64,000 nucleotides of DNA from an uncultured Bacilli bacterium (GTDB taxonomy: Bacteria; Bacillota_I; Bacilli_A; RFN20; CAG-449): contig CANQEO010000005.1 in assembly GCA_947595215.1 (NCBI GenBank), positions 10,776 through 74,775 of the forward strand. The letters are read 5' to 3'. Position numbers and translations under genes: made by a program. Under the pieces are notes generated by a model, which searched no databases, was not told the DNA's origin, and saw nothing but the letters and a program-made list of their open reading frames with translations. This document shows, piece by piece, positions 1 to 10,200 of this stretch (within the stretch, counting starts at the first letter, position 1; every line of letters begins with the position of its first letter).

Positions 1-607
1 TTTGTAATGTCTTCTTCTTTAATGGCATACTTAACTTAGCGTTTTTTAAATACTCATAAGTGATTGAAGGACATTTTGTATATGCCGTAGCTAATAACCA
101 AGCTTCCGCCATCATAATATAATAATCCTCTTTGTCACTAATTAGTTTAAAAATAGTATTTAGATTTGGCTCGTCTAAGTAGTAATTTAGTAACACGACA
201 ATGGCAAAGCGATGGACGAAAGTATCTTTTGATTTTATAAAGCGGAGCAATTTAGGTTTTATTTCTTTGAATGGTACTTTTTTAAGTTTCATTGTCATCG
301 CAACCGAATCAACAATAGCCCACGAATCACAATCTTTATAGAAATCAAAAAAGAAATCAAGTTTTTCATCGAGTGTCTTTGTTGAATAAGCCATCGCTAA
401 AGCGATTATTAATGCTGTTTCGTATGTTTCATAATTAGGCCATGATAAAAATTCATCCCTTTTTGATATTTCTCGAGCAAGCTTTCTCATATCCGGAGTT
501 CTTACTCCATAAATTTTAAGTTTTGTACAAACTATCTTTTTTTGAAATTGCTCAAGATTTGGATCACCCAACTCATTAAGTTTCTCTTTAAGCGATATAT
601 AATCCAT
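1..607 (-). CDS. DNA alkylation repair enzyme (AlkD/AlkC-like HEAT-repeat protein). The ATG is at 607..605 and the C-terminus runs off the window start.
   Basis: Own translation of the minus strand: MDYISLKEKLNELGDPNLEQFQKKIVCTKLKIYGVRTPDMRKLAREISK... The open frame continues to position 1. The 'GVRTPDMRKLA' motif is typical of the DNA alkylation repair family. It is absent from the ORF track only because it is edge-truncated. Confidence 0.5.
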   Translation of the reverse strand, partial: MDYISLKEKLNELGDPNLEQFQKKIVCTKLKIYGVRTPDMRKLAREISKRDEFLSWPNYETYETALIIALAMAYSTKTLDEKLDFFFDFYKDCDSWAIVDSVAMTMKLKKVPFKEIKPKLLRFIKSKDTFVHRFAIVVLLNYYLDEPNLNTIFKLISDKEDYYIMMAEAWLLATAYTKCPSITYEYLKNAKLSMPLKKKTLQ

Positions 608-706
608 ATTTTTTTATCTCCTTTTTTATCTTACAAGGAGTTTTTAGAAAATGTAAATATATATTTTATAGAAAAATATTAGTATAATATCAATGAGGAC
701 TAAACT

Positions 707-1201
707 ATGAAAAAAATGAATATTAAAGATTTTAGCATTAACCCCTTTACTTCTATCGGTAAAGAATGGGCTTTGATTGTCGTTGAAGATGAAAAAGAAG
801 TTAATGCCATGACAATTGCGTGGGGCTCTTTGGGTGTTATTTGGCGTAACAATGTAGCCACTGTTTATGTAAGAAATACCCGTTATAGCAAACATATGCT
901 TGATAGCGCAAAACGTTTTTCAATTTGCTTCTTTGATGAAAGTTATCGCTCTTTACTAAATTATTTCGGAACAGTTTCAAAGCGGGATGAAGATAAAATT
1001 AAAACTTCAAAATTAACACTTGACCATTTAGACGATGTTCCTTATTTAAAAGAAGCAAAATTAGTAATTACTTGTGATACTTTTTATCAAACACCATTAC
1101 CATTAGAAAATGCTAATCAAGAAATTAAAAATTGTTATCATTCTAGTGATGAATATCATGAAATGTATATTGGAAAAATTAAAGGGATTTACCAAAATTA
1201 A
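707..1201 (+). CDS. Flavin reductase-like (FMN-binding split-barrel) family protein.
   Basis: 164 aa. The 'MTIAWGSLG' segment and overall size fit the flavin reductase-like domain. Confidence 0.55.
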   Translation: MKKMNIKDFSINPFTSIGKEWALIVVEDEKEVNAMTIAWGSLGVIWRNNVATVYVRNTRYSKHMLDSAKRFSICFFDESYRSLLNYFGTVSKRDEDKIKTSKLTLDHLDDVPYLKEAKLVITCDTFYQTPLPLENANQEIKNCYHSSDEYHEMYIGKIKGIYQN

Positions 1202-1371
1202 AATCATTAGTTACTATGGCATTATATTTTTCATAGAAAATGGTATAAAAAGTCTAATATCTATAAGAACCACCTGTTTCCCTAATATAAGAATATTATT
1301 TATAATAATCGACATTCAAGCATATAAAAAGCTGATGATATAAATATCAACTACATTCATCAGCCATTTTA

Positions 1372-2601
1372 TTAACGCATATAATTTTCAATATCTGCTA
1401 CTTCTTTAATAATATCTTTTGAAAGAACTTCATGCCCCTTTTCAGTAACTAACACGTCATCTTCAATTCTTACACCGATACCATATTTTGAGAAATATAA
1501 CCCTGGTTCAACGGTAATAATCATTCCTTTTTCTAAAGGTAATTCACGAGAAATTGGATCGTGGGTATCAAGCCCTAAGTGGTGACTAACACTGTGGAAA
1601 TAAATATCTTTAATTTCCAAAGGATCATCAATTAATTTTGCATCTAGACAAGCTTCAGTTAAAAATTCAATAGTTTTCTTTTGAAGATCGAGAATGCTTA
1701 GACCCGGTTTTATAGAATCAATAATATATTTATTACAAGCAAGAACAATTTCATATATAGTTTTATTTAATCCATGATATCTTCCATCGATTGGATAGGT
1801 ACGAGAAATATCAGCGTTATAAAGATTTACTTCAGCTCCTAAATCTAAAAGAATCATACTTTCTTTTTCTAACAAAGCAGTATTTTGGTGATAATGCAAA
1901 ATCGTCGCATTTTCACCGCCGGCAGCAATAGTTGAAAACGCCGTATTCGCATTTGCATCGGTTTTAATCTCACTTTCAAAAAGTGCTTGAACAGCATTTT
2001 CGCTTGGTAAAGAAGAAAGATTTTTCATCACTTTTTCAAGAGCCCTTTTGGTAACACCAATTGAATACTTTATGGCTTCTATTTCACTTTCAGATTTTAT
2101 CGCTCTTAAAGAAATGATTAGAGGATAAGCATCCACGATATTTTTACCACTATTTTTAAACTTCTTTTTAAACTCTAAAGAAAAATCTACTTGTCCACGG
2201 AATTGTTGTTTTTCTTGATCGATATAAATAGTTTTAATATCGTTTCTATTTTTTAATAAGCGAAGTTCTTTAGCAAATTCCTTTTCTGAAACAATTTCCT
2301 TAATACCAGATAAATTTCTAGCTTCTTCATGGGTTAAATACCATCCAATCCAGCGAGCAAGTTTTTCATCATTATCTAAAACAAATAATTTAGTGTCAAT
2401 TTTATCATCATTTTTAGTAATAATTAAATAGCTTTCTTCCTGTTTAATTCCGGTCAAATAGAAAAAATTCATATTGACTAAAAATGGGTATGATTCATCA
2501 TATGAAGACAATTTCAAAGCGCCGGAAAACAATATCAAGGCACTATGATTTTCCATCTTATCTATAAAACGTTGTCGATTTAAAATATATTGCTCTTTCA
2601 T
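1372..2601 (-). CDS. pepP: Xaa-Pro aminopeptidase (M24B family).
   Basis: The ORF shows a creatinase-type N-terminal domain and an M24 catalytic domain (HxxGLDxHD, VEPGLY, IED motifs). The start is taken at the internal Met 'MKEQY...' (2601) to avoid a 35-nt overlap with the upstream mrp gene. Confidence 0.8.
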   Translation of the reverse strand: MKEQYILNRQRFIDKMENHSALILFSGALKLSSYDESYPFLVNMNFFYLTGIKQEESYLIITKNDDKIDTKLFVLDNDEKLARWIGWYLTHEEARNLSGIKEIVSEKEFAKELRLLKNRNDIKTIYIDQEKQQFRGQVDFSLEFKKKFKNSGKNIVDAYPLIISLRAIKSESEIEAIKYSIGVTKRALEKVMKNLSSLPSENAVQALFESEIKTDANANTAFSTIAAGGENATILHYHQNTALLEKESMILLDLGAEVNLYNADISRTYPIDGRYHGLNKTIYEIVLACNKYIIDSIKPGLSILDLQKKTIEFLTEACLDAKLIDDPLEIKDIYFHSVSHHLGLDTHDPISRELPLEKGMIITVEPGLYFSKYGIGVRIEDDVLVTEKGHEVLSKDIIKEVADIENYMR

Positions 2602-2602
2602 A

Positions 2603-3418
2603 TTATAATTTCTCAATTCTATTAATAACTTCTTCAACCACTAAAGTGTCGATTGTTTCAATTTTACCTTCATCCATTAAACGTGTAGATTCCGGATCTA
2701 ATGGTAATTTAGCAATGATATCAACACCATATGGTTTTAATGCTTTTTCAAGTTTGTCTTTACCATATAAATAAATCTTTTCATCACAGTGAGGACACTT
2801 AATATACGACATATTTTCGATAACACCGATGATTGGTATATTCATTTCACGGGCCATTCTAACCGCTTTATTAACAATAGTACTCACCAATTCTTGAGGA
2901 GTAGCAACAAGCACAATTCCTTGTAAAGGAATACTTTGAAAAACAGTCAAAGCAACATCCCCGGTTCCTGGTGGCATATCAATGAATAGATAATCCTTTT
3001 CTCCCCATAATGTCGAAGCATAAAATTGTGATACTAAAGAACTAATTAAACTACCACGCCATAAAATTGGATCATCTTCATTTTCTAATAACATATTCGC
3101 AGAAATAACATCTATTCCTAAATGATGGCTTTTAAGTGGATAGAGTATCTCTTCAGTTCCATAAGCTTTATCGGTGATACCGAAACTTTTCGGAAGTGAA
3201 GGACCTGTAATATCTGCATCCATCAAACCAACCTTGTATCCTTTTTTGGCCATAGCAACTGCAAGAAGCGAACTTATAAAACTTTTTCCTACACCGCCTT
3301 TACCAGAAACGATACCGATGACTTTATCTATTTTTGATTTCTTGTTTAATTCTAACTTTGTAATCCGAGAAGCACAGGCTTCACTACAAGAACTACAATC
3401 ATGTGTACATTCTGCCAT
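2603..3418 (-). CDS. apbC: Mrp/NBP35 (ApbC) family Fe-S cluster carrier ATPase.
   Basis: N-terminal Cys cluster, Walker A 'GKGGVGKS' and a ParA-like fold; 271 aa. Confidence 0.85.
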   Translation of the reverse strand: MAECTHDCSSCSEACASRITKLELNKKSKIDKVIGIVSGKGGVGKSFISSLLAVAMAKKGYKVGLMDADITGPSLPKSFGITDKAYGTEEILYPLKSHHLGIDVISANMLLENEDDPILWRGSLISSLVSQFYASTLWGEKDYLFIDMPPGTGDVALTVFQSIPLQGIVLVATPQELVSTIVNKAVRMAREMNIPIIGVIENMSYIKCPHCDEKIYLYGKDKLEKALKPYGVDIIAKLPLDPESTRLMDEGKIETIDTLVVEEVINRIEKL

Positions 3419-3585
3419 AATTTATTACCTCGAAAGAATTATATCATATTTCTTTTTTGAAATATTACATTAATCTCGTTTAGTATCAAAAAACAGGAAT
3501 GTTCTATAGTTCCAGTTTCAGCACTATCAAAAATTTACTCCTATCAATTCAGCAAATCATTAAATACTGACAGTTTATCAAAATA

Positions 3586-4179
3586 CTATAAATAAATACT
3601 TTTATAGCCTCTTGGTATTACTTCAATTCGTCCATTACCTATCTTAATAATCTCGTCAATTACTCCATCATTTAATGCCACATCAAGAACAATCTTTTCT
3701 TGATAAACAATCGACTCTTGAATAGCGTCATTTCTATGTAATATGTTTTGTATAACACCGAGTAATGTATAATCGAAAGTTAACCGATAGCATTTAAAAT
3801 CTCTTCTTTTTAATAAAGTTACTTTTTGAAAAGCATTTACAGCCGAATTAACATATGTTCTTAAAAGATTAGAAGCACCTAATTTTACTCCTCCAAAATA
3901 CCTAACTACCACTAGTAAAACCCGTTCTAAATCATTTCTTAGTAGGAATTCTAGTAATGGACGACCCGCAGTTCCACTCGGTTCGCCATCATCAGAACTT
4001 TTCATATATTCATCAAATATGTAGGCATAACAATAATGCCTTGCTTTTGGATATTTATTTTTTAAATTATCTATAAATTTTTTAGTTTCTTCGATATTTT
4101 CTAACGGAAAAAAGGTCGCAATAAATCGCGATTTATCCATAACAATCTCATCTTCAACAACTTCTTTTATACGATACAT
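3586..4179 (-). CDS. yigZ: IMPACT/YigZ (UPF0029) family protein.
   Basis: UPF0029 N-terminal domain pattern (…RHYCYAY…DDGEPSGTAGRPLL…). The start is set at 'MYRIKE' (4179), which is preceded by an AGGAG RBS. Confidence 0.75.
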   Translation of the reverse strand: MYRIKEVVEDEIVMDKSRFIATFFPLENIEETKKFIDNLKNKYPKARHYCYAYIFDEYMKSSDDGEPSGTAGRPLLEFLLRNDLERVLLVVVRYFGGVKLGASNLLRTYVNSAVNAFQKVTLLKRRDFKCYRLTFDYTLLGVIQNILHRNDAIQESIVYQEKIVLDVALNDGVIDEIIKIGNGRIEVIPRGYKSIYL

Positions 4180-4203
4180 AAAACATACTCCTAGCTTAAG
4201 TTT

Positions 4204-4233
4204 AATAAAAGAAGGAGACAAAACTCCTTCTTT
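4204..4233 (-). terminator. Rho-independent terminator downstream of the giant gene.
   Basis: Hairpin aagaaggag-N6-ctccttctt followed by a T-tract on the minus strand, immediately after the stop at 4247. Confidence 0.6.
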
Positions 4234-4246
4234 TAGTTTTAAACCA

Positions 4247-7200
4247 CTAAGCTAATAACGTGTAAGGATTAGCTCCTTTAGTTAATATATCAATATTACT
4301 GCTCCAATGTTCGCCTCTTTCTTCATAAGAATCAGCTTGGTAGTCAAGATCAATAACTTCTTTTAAATCTATAGTTGAACTATAAATATTAACACTCGGT
4401 ATATCATCTTTGAAACTATTAAATAATCTTGTCGCCGCGATTGAATCGACCGAATCTTTTCCTTCGTAAGCATTACCATTATATCCCATCATCCTCGTGG
4501 ATTCTCTGACCTCATTTTCCAAAATAGTACAATAATCATTATATTCGTCGATAGCGATTTGATTACCTTGAGAGTTAAGTGGTGGATATTCTTTAATAAC
4601 ATTTTCAACATTAGTTTTATATTTATTGAAGGCATTAACGAATCTGATTAAGCCACTTAAACCATCTGCTTCGACATCGTTAAACATTTCGTAAGAGTAA
4701 TTTACACTTTCTGCATACGGAACATCATGACGCCAATCAATTACAATTTGACCATTGTACAACTCTGTAGTCAACTTTTCATTTAAGAAGCCCGAAACTA
4801 GTTCACTAGCAAGATATCCACGTGATATCTCTTTGTCTATTGTAGTTTCGTATGTAGCTTTAACGATATTTCCAATATTGACCGTATCATTATTTGCAAA
4901 ATCTTTAATGTTTTCGATACCCTTTAAATCAGCTATTGTTTTAACTAAGTTATCCAAACAAGAAGATTCAAAATCCCAAAGTGAATTTATCTTCTCTTCT
5001 TCAAGATATTTTAAGATATCTCTTTTTTGTTTAGCCTCTTGGAATGGATCATTAAGATATTCTTTACTAGAATTACTGATATAATTACTAAGTTCTGCCT
5101 TATCAAACATTGTATAGATAAAGTCCGCTCTCATCGGAGTTAGAATTTTAGAATTTCCAAGTGGTACTAATAGATCTTCAAAAGCGATTTCAGTGTAATT
5201 GAAATTATCAGCACCTTTTCCATCTTCAAATCTATTAATTAAACCCATAATAGCGTTGATTTCATCTCCCATCACATTTTTCTTAGTATCAAATTGTGAC
5301 CAACTTGAAAATTTATATTTTTGTTCATCTCCACAATATAGATTTTCATAGTAGAAATAATCTAGCTCAGTTTCCGTTTCCTTAGAATCAATCCTAAATT
5401 CGTCAATTCCAATCTTTTCAAAGACCTTTTTTAAACTTACGGTAACTACTTCATTAGTGAGGAAGCCATTATTCAATGCATCAAGCATATATTCTATATT
5501 ATCATTACTTAACGAAGTAATTGAATCAAGGTTATTTGGTGCAATATCCATGATTTCTCTAATCGTAAATAATAAATCATCAGCAACACCTGGGTCCTGC
5601 TCATTTTCCGCAAACCAGTAAAATGAGTTTTCTTTCAATTCTTCATCTGAAATATATTTGATCTTCTTACTCATACGATTTGTAGCGCTCATCCTGTCTA
5701 AATCATCATATGTTGGGTTTGCAGTATCATACGCCATATCAGTCAAACCTGATTCATCAAGTAAAATACGTATCACTTGTTCAAAGAATGTTAAATCCCC
5801 AACGCTATCATTACTATCTTCACGAACAAATCCACTAAAGTCTTTAGCCGTATTAAAAATACGGGAGTTATGTAACGCTCTTAAAATAATTTCATACGCA
5901 TCAAGTGCCGTAATGTTATTTTCTTCATCAATAGGTTTACTAAATGAATCTAAAGTCATTAACTTGCCATCTATAGTTTCTTCTTCGATAAAGGTAGCAA
6001 ATTTTTGCATTTGATCGTAAGCGTTAACATTTTTATTACCTCTCCAGTCTTCGCTTCCTTCTTTGTAATCTGGATTAGTGAATAAATCATCAATTTCAGT
6101 TTGTCTAAGGGCAATTTCTTCACTACGAGCGAAACGTTCGCCTTCAAATTGCTCTGAAAGCATATTGAATTCATAATTAAATACATCAATATAAATTTTA
6201 TTTTGATCTAATCCATTCAGTCTTCCACCCAACTTAGTATTTTCATGTAATTCATAATACATCATGTTGGCAAATGTCGTTCTTAAAACATAACAATTAT
6301 TCATATCGCTCATTAAAGCATACAATGCATTACCATCAACTAAATTAATATTAATTGTTCCGTTTTCATCAACTAAACCTTTTTCTTTAGCAGTATCAAT
6401 AACGGTAATCATACGCTGAATTTGTCCCTCGATAATTTGTCCCTCGATAGCACTTACAGTAATCCAATTAACATTTATAGTAGCCTCTTTTTCACGACCA
6501 GTTATTTCTGGAACTCTAAAGTAGAAGTCATTATTTATTTCTGCATAATCTCTTTCAAAGTATTTTTCAAGCACATCAGAAAATACATTAAGCATTATAT
6601 CAGCAAAGTTATCATGAAGTTTTAAATCAGAACCTTCATAAACATCTAACACCTCAGTTTGAGCAAGATTTACTAAAAGTTCTTCTAAATCAGTTGTATT
6701 AACATCGAGCCAATTGATATTTCCAATATCAGCATAAGTACCATCACCATTATCAAGAATTTTCTGCATTGAATCAATGATGTTACCTAAGTAATTACCT
6801 TCCCTTGTCCAATCTTTTACTTGATAGAAATCCGCTTCAGTTGCACCTAAATCAATAAGTTGTTGTTTTATGTTATCATTAACTTTAGGAGCTAAAGATG
6901 GTCTTAATAAGTTAGAGTTATCCATAGCTTTGAATATTTCTCTAACTTCAGTACTATCAAGATCCGTTAAAGCGACATCTTTGTCCGTTATAATTAAATC
7001 CTTTGTATTTTCAGCATCAAAGAGAACATATCTAATCGCATCGATAAAGTATGTGATTTCACCTTTATTGGCAAAATCTTTCTCACTTTCAATAAAGTTA
7101 TCATCGACATAAGAAGGAACAATATTTCGATATTCATCTGGCGTGAATTTAGTTAGTGTCGCAGAGTCAAGAATGAAATCAAAGATACTTTCAAAGAATG

Positions 7201-10200
7201 ATAATTGGTCAATTTCTTCAATTTGGTGATAATTAAAGATACGCGAATTATAAATACCCTTTAAAATTATTTCGAAACATTCAGTGTGATGCTCTGTAAT
7301 ATCATCTGTATTTATCGTTGTACGACCGAACAAATCTCTAGCATCAATAAATGCCTTTAATGGTGAGAATTCTACGTAATCTTCTGGAACTTTTTTTCCC
7401 TCATTTTCGATAATACGAACGTTGGGATCGATTGCGAGGTAATCAATTTCAACTTTACGTTTTGCAATTTCCTCTTCACGAGTAGATACTTCCCGTTCCT
7501 TTCCCTCGTAACAATAGTTATATTTTTTATTGATTACTTCATCAGTCATAATTAATGAAGTATCAATTAACCCAATATCTAATTGATTTATTTGGAAATT
7601 GATAATTTCTGGGAAGAACGATCTTAAGGTATACATGCTATTGACATCGTACAGCATATTCTTAAGATTATTTTCATCGATTTTTTCAAAATCTAAATTT
7701 CCATCAATATATGCTTTATTGATACTCTTCATTTCGTCAAATAACTTGCAAATCTTATTGATTTCTGCATTTTCATCATTAGCATTTTCTTCGTTTCTCC
7801 AGTATGCATCTGGATTAGTTTCTAACCGGAACATGAAATCCTTCTTGATCTGTTTTCTTAAATCAGAATTTTCATCTTGCATGTCGTTAGAACCATAATC
7901 TTTAATAGCGTTAATTAACATCTCATGAACAATATCGGCAAAGTTATCATGACCATCGTAAACACCTAATACTTCAGTGTCATATAAACGATTAATCAAG
8001 AATCTTAAATCATCGGTTTCAACATTAAACCAATCGACTTCATTAAATTCTTTATAGATAACCTTATTATTTTCATCTAATTCATCGGTAGCTAAAATAT
8101 TTTGTAATTTTTTAATGATATCTCCGATTTTTTCTCCTTCTAAAGTCCAATTTTTAACTTTATTGAAGTTCGCGTTTTCAGCTCCTAATTTTGCGAGTTC
8201 CGGTTTTAAGTTCTCATTCATCTTAGGTGCTAATGATGGTCTTAATATTAGCGATTCATCAAAATATTGAAATACCGAAGCCACTTCATCACCATCAACT
8301 GATGTTAAAGCAATCTCTTCATTATTAATTATCTTATCGCCAATATCGCTATTGATAACAAATTTTAAAGCTTCGATGAAATGAGTAATCTCACCTTTAG
8401 TCGCAAATTCATGTGAATCAGCGATATAGTCAGAATCTAGATATTGATCAATCGCAGCATAATCTTCAGCACTTATACGAGTTAATGTCGCCTTATCAAG
8501 TAAAGTATCAAGAAGATTTTCAAAGAATGAAAATTCAATTTTATCATCTTGGTATTGATAGTTAAAGATTTTTGAACTATATAGACCTTCTAGAACCTTT
8601 TTGAGATTATCAAGTTCATCGCTTGTGACATCATTAATATTCAAATCCTCTTTCTCAAATAATGGTTTCAAATCGACGAGCGCTTTTAATGGAGATAATG
8701 CTTCATAATCACTTGGAAGATCATTTACATTATCGACCAATCTATAAATAGCATCGACGCAAAGATAATCGATTTCTTCTTGACGTTTTTCAATTTCTTC
8801 GGCACGATTAGAGACTATTTTATTTTCATGTTTATAGTTGTACATTTGTAACATAACTTCTTCAACTTTAATGCTTGAAACATCAATCAAGTCGATTTGA
8901 AGTTGATCAAGTTGATGTTGGAACATATTTGGAAAGAAAGTTCTAAGTGGATAAATTTTATTAATATCAGTTAAGATATTACGCAAATCATTATCACTGA
9001 CTGCTTCAATATTGAAATCATTACCTTCTCCTAAAACATCTTTAATATTCTTAAGGTCATCGACAAGAGTTCTAATTTTTCCAATTTCTTCTATCCAATC
9101 AGCTTCAGCTTCTTTATTGTCACGGACCGCCTCTAAACGGAAGTTAAAATCTTCTCTAATCGCTGCACGATCCAAATCTTCAGGAGCATATTCTGCAAGA
9201 CCATCTACCAACATGGTATAAATAATATCAGCAAAGTTATCATGCAAGTTTCCATCATATCCTTCATAAACACCTAAAGTTTGAGTGTCATAAAGTGCTA
9301 ATAAGAGATTTTCAAGTTTATCACTATCAGTGTTAATCCAATCAATCTTATCAAGTGAAATGTATTCATCGCCATTAATTCTTGCTATTTCTCGAATTGA
9401 TTCGATAATTAACGCAAGGCTTTCACCCTCTTGGCTCCAATCTTCAACGCTGGTAAAATCGACATTTTCACCACCTAAAGTAACAAAAGATTCTTTCAAG
9501 TTTTTATTTAAAATTGATCCGATTGAAGGTTTTATGATTTGGCTTTGATCGAATGCATCAAAGACATTTCTAACATCATTTGGTTCCACTGAAGTAATTT
9601 CAACATTAGTTTGGTCTGAGTTAAATAACTCAATTAAACTATCCGCATTTTGAACAGATTTAAACGCATAGCAAAGACTCTTGATTTCATCTCTCCATCC
9701 GTGGATAGTTGAAGTATCTAAGTTTGTCAAAACTTTTTCATCTAAAATGAAACCGACATCTTTTAATGTATCTTGTTCAAAAACGTATCTGATAACGGTT
9801 TTAAAGTTAGCGTTTGTTCCATTTTTGGTTGGATTAAGAATCGCTGAATCAAAGATACCTAATAAAACATTTTGTAAATCATCGAAATTTAAATCTTTTA
9901 GCAAGTCGGCACCTGGTTCGTTCAAGACATCAAGCAATGGCTCAGCATTATCATAAATATCAATCAAGCTCACTAATTCGCTACCGATTTTTTGAACTCT
10001 AAAGTCTAAATCACCATATTTAATACCCAAAGCAACTTCTTTTTCAGCATCTAAAACCGATTCTAAAACATTTGGAATAATCTTTGTAAAAGTAATGCTA
10101 TCATCAATATGCATCGCTAATTTTCTAATTTCATTTCTTTGAACCGCATTTTCAAAATCAATTTGACCATCAGTAAGTGGTAAATTTGGATTATTAATCA

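Noticed and set aside
1110-1343. A 77-aa plus-strand ORF overlapping the end of the flavin reductase gene.
   Set aside because: It overlaps a well-supported gene out of frame and is isoleucine- and lysine-rich AT-translation; it is spurious.
4755-9956. Multiple 70-120-aa plus-strand ORFs in the track (for example 4755-5084, 5658-6014, 9681-9956) inside the giant gene.
   Set aside because: They are antisense to a continuous 7.8-kb ORF, are low-complexity (S/L/K-rich) translations of the complement of GAT/GAA-rich codons, and have no RBS. They are ORF-finder artefacts.
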